From NCBI GenBank assembly GCA_043228905.1, contig JBHGNT010000022.1, positions 8,556,001 to 8,620,000 of the forward strand: DNA of 64,000 bases, given 5' to 3'. This document shows, piece after piece, positions 25,896 to 39,330 of this stretch. Origin of the DNA: Azolla caroliniana. Lineage: Eukaryota; Plantae; Polypodiophyta. Under the pieces are notes generated by a model. It did not search any database. It saw only the letters and a program-made list of their open reading frames with translations, and was not told the origin of the DNA. The translations under genes and the position numbers were made by a program. Positions within the stretch are counted from its first letter, which is position 1, and the number at the start of each line of letters is the position of its first letter.

Positions 25896-25979
25896 AGCCA
25901 TGGATTTCCGTGACGTTGTGGTGTTCATGTCTATCATATCAAGGATAACCATGTGATATTCTCCCCTTGCATGAGAGAT

Positions 25980-26853
25980 AAAGTGTGACCATATCTCGTG
26001 GTAAGTTTTACCGTAGTATTCTAAAACCGTGGATAAAGTGTGAGTGTTAAACGAGAGTGTAAAGAAGGAAAGGATTACTTTTAATCCTTGGGATTGGGAT
26101 AACCCATTAGGCCAAGTGTGAACATGCCTGGGGGCCTTAGGTCTGGCTATAAATATGAGGCCTAGCTACCCTTCTTTGATATATTATCGACTATGTCAAG
26201 ACTCCGTCATTGTGGTGGGTCAACTCTTGTAGTGAGTGTGTCGCCACCAGGTACAATTCGATGCCACGGCGATGGTATGGGACGCCGATCAAGGCTCGAG
26301 TTTGTCTTGATCCCTTCGCTTGGGGGTGGTTAGGTGGATCGACACCCTTCTTTCTCCCTCGTCTCTTATCTATTTATCGATTAAATCCTTATATGCACTT
26401 ACATTAGTAGCTAGCTCTAACAATTGGTATCCGCTTTTCTTTTAATGTTTCGTTTGTTGATTGATTTTTTGTTGGATGGCGATCAATTGATGTGCGGTCG
26501 ACCTTGATCCAAAAAGGAATTAACAAACGAACTTTGATAACTCTATCTTATTCATTTTTCTATTCTTTCATCTCCCAATCTAATCATGTATAGTCAATAT
26601 GTGTTTTTTTTAATTGATTCAATGATGTTGCAGTGGTACTTAATTGGTTGTATAAAACATTTACATATGTGTATGAGGTCAATACCTCAATTGACATATA
26701 ACTGATATATGATTTTTATTGTATGCGTACGAGGTCAATACCTCAATTGTGTATTACAATCACATACATATGTTATGTATGCATATGGGGTCAATACCTC
26801 AATTGCGATGTATTTGATATGCGATCTATGTCGTTTGCGTAAGAGGTGAATAC
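25980..26853 (+). mobile_element. 5' portion of gypsy element A' (LTR to 26422, PBS, leader), related to element A
   Basis: Similar to LTR 60160-60625; ends CTCTAACA then ATTGGTATCC; leader 26440-26853 parallels 27210-27620. LTR start approximate. Confidence 0.75.
26675..26853 (+). repeat. 56-bp-period tandem array with GAGGTCAATACCTC hairpin core (A' leader)
   Basis: Cores start at 26675, 26731, 26787, 26843. Confidence 0.85.
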
Positions 26854-26946
26854 AGTCAGGAATAGTACTAAAACACAGAGAGAATCAGTACTAGAGAAGG
26901 GAAGTACTATTAGTACTAAGACTCACGAGAAAGGAAGAGAGAGAGA

Positions 26947-26981
<35 letters not shown>

Positions 26982-27158
26982 GATGATAACAGATGATATA
27001 TTATGTGAAGAGTAAGTACAAAATAGCTATGAAGCTTAACACTGGCGTTGAACCAATTTGGTTTGAAATAATGCCTTGTGCCTCCTTTTATAGTGTTCTC
27101 AAGAGTAGTCTTGAAGCTTCTAGAATGTTCTAGAGAAATTTGGAATATACATTAATTT
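26854..27158 (-). repeat. Truncated C-family LTR, probable 3' LTR of element D
   Basis: Homologous to 18124-~18448; diagnostic TACAAAATAGCTATGA and TGCCTTGTGCCTCCTTTTATAG shared with 63906-64000 rather than with C. Confidence 0.8.
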
Positions 27159-27451
27159 AGATCATATGCTTACTTTAGATCATATCTCTAATAGTTGGTT
27201 TCAGAGCTCATTTCTAATGTTTCTTTTGTTGTCTTTTATCTTCTTGATTGAAGGTGATCGATCGATGTGCGGTAGGCCTTGATCCAGACAATGATCAACA
27301 AAGGAACTTCGATAATTTTTCTTGTTTTTTATTTCTATTTTTTCTTCTCCCTTCTAATCATGTATATGGTCATATGTAATATTTTTTTCATTAATTCAAT
27401 GATGTTGTACTGGTAATTAATTGATTATATAAAATGTTTACATATGTGCAC

Positions 27452-27666
27452 GAGGTCAATACCTCATTTGACATATATTTAATATGTGATTAGTGTCGTA
27501 TGCGTACGAGGTTAATACCTCAATTACGTATTCCGTTCACAAACATATGTTACGTTTGTGTATGAGGTCATTACCTTGAGTTGTATGTAAATGATATGCG
27601 TATGAGGTGAATAACTAAATTGCGTATTACGATTAACCCTTATTTTTAGATGTTTCCTGTGCGTAG
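27452..27666 (+). repeat. 56-bp-period hairpin array (A leader), continuing at ~40524 after element B
   Basis: Cores at 27452, 27508, 27564, 27604; a further degenerate unit at ~40523. Confidence 0.8.
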
Positions 27667-28193
27667 TGTCAGGGCCAAAGTTAGGAACGAGTTTTAAAAT
27701 GAAGAAGAGAATGAGAAGCGAAAGATATGAGAGAGATAAGAAAATTTTGATAATGTATTAACAACGAGAGCAATGTTTACAAGAATATGCCGAAGACTAG
27801 CGTTGAACCAGAATGGTTCATCAATAGTCAAATACATGTTTATATAGCATGGTTTGGATACATGCATGCTCGCCACCTCATAGGCACGCATGATCGCCAC
27901 TTGGTATTCATGCAAGCATGCCCCTTGGCAATCATGTGTTAGCCTATGCAAGGTGGTGACATTTCAATAATATTATTATATGTATTTCCTATTGATATAA
28001 TAAAATTTATTATTTATGCATATAATATGATGTATCCTAATGGATGGGGTTGTATGCCCTATTTGAGGAGGTCATGGGTTCGAATCACCATAAAGCTTAT
28101 TGGGTTTTGTATACACATGACAATATGCCTTATTTGAGGAGGTCATGGGTTCGAATCACCATAAAGCTTATTGGGTTTTGTATACACATGACA
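27667..28193 (-). repeat. 3' LTR of element B with 71-bp terminal tandem duplication
   Basis: TGTCAGGGCC...CATGACA at 28122 and again at 28193. Confidence 0.92.
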
Positions 28194-28377
28194 CCTTCCC
28201 CTTCCTTTGACAACGAGTTCCATAAGTCGTAATGCATGAATTCGGACTTGCTTTATCTAGATATTGGCGATGAAATTCAGCCACCAAGTCAGAGGCATTA
28301 TCAAGGTTCTCAGTTGGCTCCTAAGTACGATCATTTGGTGTATATCCTAACCAATCCACGAGATAATAAAGCTTTTT

Positions 28378-29721
28378 TTTTTCCAAAAAGATTTCCTTCA
28401 TTAGTATTAAGAAAAAATGCCATAAGGCTACAAACTGTACAATTTAGAGAGTATTATATACAAAAAGGATAATCAGGGGAAGGGCCAGGGATGATGATAT
28501 TTCCAGATTTGTCCTTGAGAGGAGATCATGAATAGAGGCAACTTCCTCCATAACTGTAGTAATTTTTTCCTTTTCTTAAGAACAACCTCTGAAGGGCCCG
28601 ACATATTGTCATACTACCCACGAACTACCGCCAATAAGTTGTCCCATAATTCCAACAATATATCTGAGAGAAGGGGAACTATGGAATCATATCGTATTTT
28701 ACATTGATTCTTCCATAAGTTCCATAATGTAACCGTGGATATTGTTTTCCATACTTGGGTTGCACGCATTTGCTTTCAAGGTTGCTGAAAAGGCGAGATA
28801 GGTATTAGATGCTTATTGATAACAATCTTAGCCTCTACCGTTGATCCTCAGGAGAATAGGCAACCTACATTAATTGTCAGGAATAAAGAAAGAACTTTAT
28901 TCCATACCTGTTGAGCTAGTGAACAAGACCAGAGAGCTAGTCACCACAATAACTACATTGTCTAAGAACGGGTGCGACGTTTCCTTTCAAAGATTGACCT
29001 ACCGGTAGTGTTGCATGTAGCAAAAGCCATATGAAGAGATTGTATTTTGTTGGTCCCCTAAAAGACCAAATCCATTTCCAATAAGCCTTCAAATGATTGC
29101 TTGATACACCCCATTTATTCCAGTGCTTTTGAGCCGCAGGAGTTGGAATATTCTTAAACATGAGTAAGGTTCTACCAAATTTCATAGTATACTGAAAGAA
29201 CGGAACTTTTTGCATTGGATCCATCATGGGACTAGTCCAAGACCATCCCCCTAGGTCCCACATTAGCCTATTAATTGGTTGGCGTGCATATAACCAAAGC
29301 ATATCCAACAAATGGGCCTTAGACCTTGTCTTGCATGGGGAAAACTTGATAATGGGCCAGCAGCATCAGTAGGATCCTAGATTCATTTTCAACAGATGCC
29401 AGAACTGGATCGCCTTAAGCAGTTACATTCAATATATGGGGCAAAGACAATGACAATGGATATTTCAGCAGCCTTCTCTCAAGCCTCATCGCGACTTCAG
29501 CCAATGTAGGAGCATATGTGGTTTGGTTACCTAACGAATGGCATAATGCTCTTTGTTAAGGGAATTTCTACAAACGGGAGTATTTTTTATTTCCATAATC
29601 AACAGGATAATAAATTGTAGCCTTATACACCCTCTGATAATTTGCTACAAAACCTACTTGATGTTCAAATTAGGGTGATTGCCAAACTTGGTAAGAAATG
29701 GCTCCTGAATCCACAACCGTC
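28378..29721 (-). mobile_element. 5'-truncated L1-type LINE
   Basis: 16-bp TSD GATAATAAAGCTTTTT (28362-28377, 29722-29737), short poly(A) on minus strand, ORF2 C-terminal zf-RVT-like motif WKWIWSFRGPTKYNLFIWLLLHATLPVG..CSYCG. Confidence 0.9.
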
Positions 29722-31733
29722 GATAATAAAGCTTTTTACGTATTGTCTTGGAGTCCAAAATAGCTTTGACTTCAAATTCTGGGCCATCAACAAGTTGAAC
29801 TGGAGGTGGGGGTAGAAAAACCCGATTTGGAATGGAACTACCAATGTAGGGTTCCAACAATGAGACATGAAATACTGTATGTAGATGCATCTGTGGAGGT
29901 AGATCAAGGCGGAGATAATAAATGGACCAAGTCGTTGATAATCCAGCTTGTCACAAGGTCTAGTAGTCTTCAAATTACGTCGTAGTAACCATACACGATC
30001 CCCAATTCGAAACTTCAGTTCCTTTGGTGAAGACTCGTGACGGTGACGATCTGCGGCTTTTTTGTGTGTGGCATGAGTTGTTTGCAAATGTTGAGAAAGT
30101 GCAACATGCATGTCTTGGAGTTGATGTAGACGATCTTCAACAACAGGATTTTTCGAGATTTCTGGATGGGCCATCATTGTCCTATGTTTGCAAAAAAAGG
30201 AGTATACCCTGTTGAGGAATGAACTGAATTATTGTATGCAAACTCTACAAAGTGCAAAAAATCCACCCAATCATCCTTTTGGTAATTGATGAAACATTGA
30301 AGATATTGCTCTAATGTTTGATTCGTCTGCTCGGTTTGACCGTCACTTTGTGAATGATAGCTTGACGAAAGTTTGCAAGAAATTTTGAGCATCTCAAGCA
30401 AGTGTTTCCTGAATTTTGAGATGAATTGTGGACCACGATCACTAATGATGTCATTTGGAAGACCGTGAAGCCAAAATACTTCTTTCATAACGATGTCTAC
30501 AGTTTCTTTACTGTTGATGGTTTTCGTGCATGGAAGAAAATGCGCCATCTTTGTGAATCGATCTACTATAGTGAGAATAGCATCAAAACTCTTCGAAATT
30601 GGAAGATCTGTAATAAAATCCATCGAGATGGATTTCCACGGACCAATAGGAACTGGCAATGGTTGTAATATCCCATATGGTCGATATCGTGGAATCTTTC
30701 GCCGACAACACACATCACAACTACGAACATAATCTTCAACAAACTCTCTAAGGTGAGGCCACCAATAGTTTCGAGAAGCTAGCTCCAAAGTTTTGTGGAT
30801 TCCAAAGTGCCCGGCCATTGGGTTGTCGTGATAATATTGCATTACTTGAAGTCGAGACGAACCATTTGGGACATACAAAAGAGTGTTGTGGAAAAGTAAA
30901 CCATTATCCCATTTAGACTGGTTATAATCTTTACGAGGATTCTTGGATCTTGAAGAAGAAGCACGATCTGAAATTATATGATTCAATATATCTTGAGAAA
31001 ATTCATCAGAAATGATATCTGTTCAGATTGAATCAAGAATACTTGAATCTTCAAATGCTTGAGAGGCATTAATAGTTAGTAGTCGCAACCGATTAGTCCC
31101 CAAGACGATTTGTTTTTGATGCTCAAATGTGGGCTCTCCTGGTTGTGGAGCCAAATAAGATCGTCGTGAGAGAGCATCTGCCTTTCCTTGTTGTACTCCT
31201 AGGCGATATGTGATGACGAAGTCAAAACACGTTAGAAACTGTGCCCAACGAGCTTGGCGACGACTCAAGACTCTAGCACTTTGAAAGTATGTGAGGTTTT
31301 TATGATCATTGTAAACAATGATTTGGTGGGGAGAACCTTCTAAAAAATGTCTCCACTGTTCAAACGAGTCTATAATGGCTAGAAGCTCTTGATCTCTGCG
31401 GCTTTGAATTTGCGTGAATGGAAAGCAATTGGATGTAGCTTCCCATCATCTCCAATCTATCACAAGATACTTCCTAGTGCAAAATCAGACGCATCCGCCT
31501 CAATGATAAACAGTTTTTCTAGGTCAGCATGAAGTAGAATTGGAGCAGACATGAATGCGCTCTTTAGGCTTTCAAAAGCTTTGCTTGCACTAGAACTCCA
31601 TGTGAATGACTTGTTCTTTCGTCTAAGCTCTGTGAGAGGGATCACAATGTTTGAATAATTCTTGAAAAATTTGCGGTAAAAATTCACAAATCCTAAGAAA
31701 CATTGGACATCACACACTGACCGAGGTGGTTGT
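29722..31733 (-). pseudogene. Element B pol, 3' part (RT end, RNase H, integrase, chromodomain start; chromodomain ends ~28240-28361)
   Basis: FLGFVNFYRKF, EADASDFALG, HDNPMAGHFG..CDVC, YHSQSDGQTE, EFEVKAILDSK. Confidence 0.92.
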
Positions 31734-34700
31734 TGTTAGGAACTACGCGCTCCTATGAACAACGCTCGGCCAAAACCGAGCTTAGAATCAAACACAGGAA
31801 ACGGGGAATGAATGCACGACACGATGAGAGAAGAGTACACAGGATGTTTACGTGGAAAACCCAAACACGGGAAAAAGCACGACAATCCACTCACTGCTAA
31901 CTATCTCTATGTAACAATATACAAAAGATGAACACAGAGGCAACGACCTCTTGTTCACTGTCTTCGCCACAAGCGGCGGTTACAACAGAGGCAACGACCT
32001 CTTTGTGTCTTTCTCTTTCTCTCTCTCTCTCTCTCTCTGTACACTGTTGTGCTCTAATCTTGCGCCAACAAGAATGGCAACCACCACTAAAGTTTGCCCT
32101 AAGTCATATTTATAATAATATGACTTTTCGGCTATTTACAAATATAGCCCCGATGAACTCTCAGGAAACATATTTACGAATATGTCCCTTCATCCGGTGA
32201 GCACTTCTCACCGGGCCTTCACTATCCGGCTCTTGCCGAGTACTCCTTATCCGGTTCTCATCGGGTCTTCTGTAGCCGGGTACGCCTCATCCAGTTCTCA
32301 CCGGGTCTTCCGTAGCCGGGTCTTCTCGCTTCCCATCCGGAGGGACCTATTTCCTAACAAACTCCCCCTTCACTCCGGCATGGGATGTCTTACTATTCCG
32401 ATCCGCTTCCGACATGCATCCAGCTTGTCGGGTATTAGCACTTTGGCCGTGTGGATCTTCATCAGCGCGAATTCCTGGTCATCTAGTTTTTCCCAGATTC
32501 AGTGATACCTTCGCTGGTAATGCTTCGTCCGGGAATGGTAGGCCGCATTCTTAGCAAGATGGATGGCACTTTGACTGTCGCAATAGAGCCAGTATTCATC
32601 TTTCTGGATACCGAGCTCTCCGATGAAGTCCTTCATCCATAATATTTCCTTGCTGGCTTCCACAGCCGCCATGTACTCCGCCTCCGTGCTTGACAACGCA
32701 ACCGTCTTCTGCAGCCTCGACTGCCACGAAACAGCTCCCCCTGCATATGTCATTACATACCCGGATATAGACCGGCTAGTATCCACATCAACCGACATGT
32801 CCGAATCGGTAAAACCGTCTAGTTGAGGTTTTCCAGAGCCGAATCGAAGACACATATTTGAAGTGCCCTTCAAGTACCGCAGTATCCATTTGACCACGTT
32901 CCAGTGCTCCTTGTCGGGATTGCTGATAGACCGGCTCACCACTCCGACTGCGTATCCTATATTCGGTCGGGTACACACCATTGCGTACATTAAGCTCCCG
33001 ACAGCAAAGATATATGGAACCTTCATCATATCAGCCTTCTCTGCTTTCGTCTTCGGGCTTTGCTTACCGGATAATCTGCAGTTTGCCGGGAGTGTCGATC
33101 CGACCAGTTTCGCTTCTAACATGTTGAACCGTTGAAGCACCTTTGTCACATACTTCTCCTGTGACATCCACAATTGCTTCGTTGACCGGTCCCGGATAAT
33201 ATGCATGCCCACCATCTGTCTTGCCGGACCCAAGTCTTTCATTGAGAAGGTCTGGTTGAGAGCCTTCTTGAGCATCCGTATTTTGGCTTGGTCCCGTCCG
33301 ACGATCAACATGTCGTCCACGTATAGAAGGAGTATCAAGAAGTTGCCTCCTTCGAACTTCTTCACAAACACGCAGTGATCGGCATGCGTCTTGTGGTACC
33401 CTTGATCAGTCATGAAGGAGTCGAACTTCCGGTACCATTGCCGAGGAGCCTGCTTCAGTCCGTATAGGCTCTTCTTCAATCGGCATACCAGGTGCTCGTT
33501 CCCTTTCTCCACGAATCCTTCCGGTTGCTGCATGTAGATCTCCTCTTCAAGGTCACCGTGAAGGAATGTCGTCTTCACGTCCAGTTGCTCTACGTCAAGG
33601 TCCATGCTTGCCGCTATACTCACCACCATCTGGATGGAGGTCATCTTTACTACCGGGGCAAATATCTCGTCGAAGTCCACACCCTTCTTCTGTTGGAACC
33701 CCTTCACCACGATCCTAGCTTTGTATCTCAGGGGGTTGTCGGCATCTCCCGGTTTCAACTTGTACACCCACTTGTTTCAGAGTGCCCGCTTTCCTTTCGG
33801 CAACTCCACCAATTCGTACATATGGTTCTCATGCAGGGAATCCATCTCATGCTACATGGCACTTACCCATTTGCAGCAATGGGCGTCACTTTTAGCTTCC
33901 TCGAAGCTTTCTAGGCTCCCCCTCATTGGTCAGCAGCACATGCTCTGCATCCGGAAATCTCCTGGGGGGCCTTCTCTCTCTGAGAGGATATCTCCGTCTT
34001 TGGGCTTCAGTAACCGGCTCCTCCATTTGCTCTTCATCCGAATCCGATTCGGGGTCTTGGCCGGTTCCGGTTTCAGCTTCCTCTACTTCTTCTTCTACCG
34101 GTTCGGTATCCTCACCGTAAACGGCTGGTTCCTTGAGTGTTAGCCGGTCTCTTGCCGGTTGGGTCTGCTCATTGTAGAATCGATCCTTACCGGTTAACTC
34201 AGAGTTCATTATCTTCTTCTCCGACTCCCGGTCGGCTAGGGTCTTGTCCTCCATGAAGATAATGTCTCGACTCCGGAATACCTTCTTGTCGACCGGCTCC
34301 CACACTCGGTAGCCGAACTCATCCTCGTCGTAACCGAGGAATATGCATGGCCGAGTCTTTGGATCTAACTTTCCTCTCCGGTCCATAGCTACATGCACGT
34401 ACGCGAGACACCCGAACACCTTCAAATGTCGGTAAGACGCTTCCTTACCGGTCCATACTCTCTGCGGCGTGTCTCCGTCCAAGGGTACTGAGGGTGATCT
34501 GTTTATCACATATGTCGCCGTTGATAGTGCCTCAGCCCGAAACTTCTTGGGTAGTTTTGCATGCGCCAGCATACTCCGGACCCTCTCCATTATGGTTTGG
34601 TTTATCCTCTCAGCCAGCCCATTTAGTTCCGGCGTCTTCGGCATGGTAAATTCGAGCCAGATTCCCTTCGAGCGACAATACTCCTCGAATTGCCCCCCGG

Positions 34701-36949
34701 TATTCACCTCCATTATCTGCTCGAACCGCCTTTAGCTTCCGGCCGGTTTCTCTTTCCACTCTCGTGTGGAGCTCTTTGAAGACGGATAGCACCTGATCCT
34801 TCGTCTTCAACGGTGTGGCCGACAGCTTCTGGCTGTGGTCATCTATGAACGTCACGAAGTACTGCGATCCTGCATGTGACTTCGTGTCCACTTGACACAC
34901 ATCCGTATGCACCAACTGCAGTGGTGCATTACGTCTCATCGGTGGCCTTGGTCGGAAGGAGGTCCGATTTTGCTTACCGGCCAGACAATCAGTGCACATT
35001 CTTCACTGGAATGAGGTTGTCCTTATGTGCCACAGATCACCGGCAGTGTCGAATGCCACGTTCACTTCCTACGGACATAACCAGGCATTCATTAGGTACA
35101 GCATGTTTAGCTTCCGGGCCCAGCCACAATCAGGCTCCCTTTGCTGAACTTCATAACATCATTCCGGATGCTACCCATGTAGCCTTCATCATCTAGCCGA
35201 CCGGCTGATATCAGGATCAGACAAACCTCCGGAACGTGTCAGACATCCTTCAGCAGCAACTTGCATCCGGTTGGTGTTGTCAGCCACATGTCTCCTATGC
35301 CGACAATTTCGCATGTACCTTCATTCTCCATCCTGACACAGCCGTGATCACCGGCGGAGTAGGATGAGAAGCATTTCCGGTCTAGGATAAGGTGGAACGA
35401 CGCTCCGGAGTCGACCACCCAGGTCATCTCGTCGCCGGCAAGGTTTATCTCACTCTCCTTGGTGATGACCATCAACTCTTCTTCACTTGCCGCAATTGCC
35501 GTCATTCCCTTCCGGTCCGTTCCCCTCCGGTCTTTACCGTTCCGGTCCAGTGTCCGCTTCGAATCGGTACCGTCGGTTTCCTTGTCTTTTCGGAAGTGGT
35601 GACAGCTTTTCTGGAAGTGTCCCGGCTTGCCACAATAGAAGCAAGTGGGCCTCCCGCTTGACTTTGACCGTGTCCCCGACTTTTCCCGGTTCTAGGGTTA
35701 CGGTTCCTTTGTCTTCCACGTTCCGATTCGGTAAGGAGCGCTTTGGAGTCAGACCTCGTATCCTTATCTTTCCGACGCACCTCCTCATCTAACAAGCTCA
35801 ACTTCACTCTTGCTAGGGATAACCGTTTTCCTTACGGCCCGGCGTTGCCCAAAGTGACAACCAACATCTCCCAGCTATCTGGGAGGGAACCGAGCAGGAG
35901 TAGCGCTAGTACCTCATCGGCGAGAGGTACTTCCAATGATGTTGCCTGGTGGATCAGCCCCTAGAAGGCATTCATGTGCTCCGCCATGCTGGAGCCATCT
36001 TGGTACCGGAGACTTACTAGCTTCCGAAATACCGAAACCTGATTAACAATATTTTTGTTTTGAAACATAATGCCGATCTTCTCCCAGAGCTCATGAGCCT
36101 TGCTCTCTTCATTGAAGTTGTTGTACAGGCTCATGTCAATGAAGCACCGTATGTACGTCGTTGTCTTCATGTGCATCACCTCCCATATCGCAGCGTCGAT
36201 CTTGCCCGGTCTCTTGTCCCCGAACTGAACCGACAACCAAAGATCTTTAACCACGAGCATGTCCCTCATCTTCGACTTCCACACCGAATAGGTTGAGCCG
36301 GTGAGCTTGAACATACCTCCCAACGAATCGTCCATTTTCTGTGTCATTTCGCTCTAATACCACTTTGTCAGGAACTACGCGCTCCTATGAACAACGCTCG
36401 GCGACAACCGAGCTTAGAATCAAACACAGGAAACGGGGAATGAATGCACAACACGATGAGAGAAGAGTACACAGGATGTTTACGTGGAAAACCCAAACAC
36501 GGGAAAAAGCACGACAATCCACTCACTGCTAACTATCTCTATGTAACAATATACAAAAGATGAACACAGAGGCAACAACCTCTTGTTCATTGTCTTCGGC
36601 ACAGGCGGCGGTTACAACAGAGGCAACGACCTCTTCGTGTCTTTCTCTTTCTCTCTCTCTCTCTCTTTGTACACTGTTGTGCTCTAATCTTGCGCCAACA
36701 AGAATGACAACCACCACTAAAGTTTGCCCTAAGTCATATTTATACTAATATGACTTTTCGGCTATTTATAAATATAGCCCCGATGGACTTTCAGGAAACA
36801 TATTTACGAATATGTCCCTTCATCCGGTGAGCACTTCTCACCGGGCCTTCACTATCCGGCTGTTGCCGGGTACTCCTCATCCGGTTCTCACCGGGTGTTC
36901 CGTAGTCGGGTCTTCTCACTTCCCATCCGGAGGGACCTGTTTCCTAACA
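31734..36949 (-). mobile_element. Full-length Tnt1/Tork-like copia element E
   Basis: TSD GTTGT (31729-31733, 36950-36954); LTRs 31734-32359 and 36366-36949; PBS 36351-36362; PPT ~32360-32374. Confidence 0.96.
32370..36335 (-). pseudogene. gag-pol pseudogene of element E
   Basis: MDDSLGGMFKL gag, WVVDSGASFH, IN (33892-34999), RT/RH (32499-33767) with stops and frameshifts. Confidence 0.93.
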
Positions 36950-36954
36950 GTTGT

Positions 36955-38330
36955 CAGTTTAGAATTGTCTGAACCTTAGATGGATCCATAGATATACCTT
37001 GTTTTGATCAAAGCTACATTTCTCAAGTTCGGCATAGAGCCCATATTCTCGTAAGCATTGGAAGACTTGGCGGACATGTATGCCATGCTCTTCTTGAGTT
37101 TCGAGTAGATCAAGATGTCATCAAGATATACTATGGTGAATGAATCCAAAAAATCGCGGAAAATATCATTCGCCATGTGTTGAAAAACCGTGGGCGCATT
37201 CGTGAGACCAAAAGGCATAACTGTGTACGTGAAATGTCCGTATCGAGTACGGAATGTTGTCTTCCATTCATCTCCTGGACGTATCGGAACAAGGCTATAT
37301 GCACCTCGAAGATCTAGCTTCGTGAAAACTTTTGCTCCACTAAGACACTTTAGTAAACTCGAAATCAAGGTATAGCATATCAATTTTGAACTGTGATTTT
37401 GTTTAGACCTCGATAGTCCACGACCAGTCATAGAGATCCATCTTACTTCTTGACAAAGAAGATGGGTGCACCAGCAGGGCTTTTAGAATGTCTAATGAAT
37501 CCATTTGCTAAGTGCTCTTCTATATACTCTCAAAGGGCCTTGAGTTCGAAAGGTGATAGATTATATATTGGGCCCCATGGTGGCTCTTTCCCAGGTTGTA
37601 GATCGATAGGACAATCATAAGGCCAATGGTCTGGGAGAGAACTAGCTTTAGCTTTGTTGAAGATGTCTTCAAAATCCAAGTACTTGGTAGGGAGGGGAGT
37701 ACCTACCCCTTGTGAGCTAGAGAATGGGTTTGCTATTACTACAAAGACAAACATTTCATTTGTTTTCCCGTCTTCTCGTAATTTTTGTAGAGAGATGGGT
37801 AAGATTTGGTGAGGTTTTGAATCTTGGTTGGTAGAAACAAGGCAGTTGGATTCAGGTTTCTGCTGGAAATCATTGATTGTTCAATTTCTCCAATCAATTT
37901 CAGGATTGTGAAGTTCAAACAAAGACAAACCAAGGATAACCGGATGCTCAGGGCTACTAATTATATTGAAGGAAATCATACAAGCAAAGCTACCAAGAAC
38001 TACTCGAATTGGCTCAGATTCTTCAACTATATTCCCGAATGAAATAGGGCGGCCATCAATGACTACAATAGATGCAAGGCAAGGGAGGTTTTTCAATAGG
38101 ATTTTCTCGGATAAAGTAAATTCTTTGTCCATAAAACAAGAGTTGGCTCCTAAATCTAAGAGAGCAGAGGCAAGAACTCGATGACACCTAGAAGTGTTAA
38201 GCTCAACTTGTGCTAAAAAAACTTTGCTAACATGATTCGATAAAATGGAACCACTACTTGGGATTGACTTTACGTATTCAGGATTGTCCAGCCAAATGGC
38301 TCCGATTTTGGTTGGACTTATTCGTTTAAT
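36955..38330 (-). pseudogene. Element B pol, 5' part (protease, RT)
   Basis: [41 protein letters not shown] fragments. Confidence 0.9.
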
Positions 38331-39330
38331 ATTTCATCAAGTTGACTCAAGACTTCAAAACTATTAGACTAACCATGACATGTGGGACTACTAGGGCTAG
38401 ACGATCTAACTGGAGAATTGGAAGGAAGATTCTCACTAATACTTACTTGATTTACTTGTCATTTTGGCCTATGTGGGCATGTGATCGCGATGTGTCATGG
38501 ACCACCACAATACAAACATAGACGGTTTGCTCGACGTCTTTGCTTCTCAGCTTCAGATAAAGGCCCTCGACAAGGTGTTACATCAATCTCCATTGGACTT
38601 GGACCACCTGATGGAATCATGTGTGAATTTTGGGTAGTGCCCATAGGTGTCGAGGCTACTACCGAAGCATATGTTTGATGTGTTCTTGGTCGTGACATTA
38701 ATTGACGCTCCAAACGTCGCTCGAATAAGCGGTTGTCACATCGCACTGCACGACTTATCGCTTCTGTAAGTGATCTTGGATCTTCATGAAAAGTTAATTG
38801 AAAATCCTTTACATCATTCCTTAGTCCATAGAGAAATTGATCCATTAAGGCTTCTTCATCCCATAGAATATCACAAGCTAGGAGGCGGAAATCTATGGCA
38901 TAGGCAGAGGCAGGACGGTCCCCTTGACACAGTCTTCGAATCTTGTTAATCGTTGTTCTAACACTATCAGTGTCTCCAAAGTTTTCTTGAAATTCTCTAA
39001 TAAAACCTTCGAAGGCTTGGAGAAGAGGAGACTTATTTTCTAGCAGTGGTGCAAACCACGCTAATGTAGTTCCTGTTAAGAGGGTCCCAACTAGTCCAAC
39101 TTGAGTTGCATCAGTAAGATGCCTATTAGGATGCATATGAATTACTAGACGTACTTGGTTTCGAAACCCTCAAAATTGTGATCGATTACCATCGAACTTC
39201 CCAGGAAAACAAATCTTCGGTTCTTTGGGAGAGGTTTGTTGCATTGAAGCTTGTTGATGAAGATACCGCAATGTTGTTTCGAGTTGCAATACACGTGTCG
39301 ATAACTCTGTTGGGATATGTCCCTCCAGTG
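38318..39330 (-). pseudogene. Element B gag
   Basis: KEPKICFPGKFDGNRSQF, LTGTTLAWFAPLLE, PMEID, CLYCGGP zinc knuckle; start approximate. Confidence 0.85.

Noticed and set aside
26675-27666. CRISPR array (palindromic repeat, constant spacing)
   Set aside because: Linkers are related to each other, no cas genes, and the array sits in a eukaryotic retrotransposon leader.
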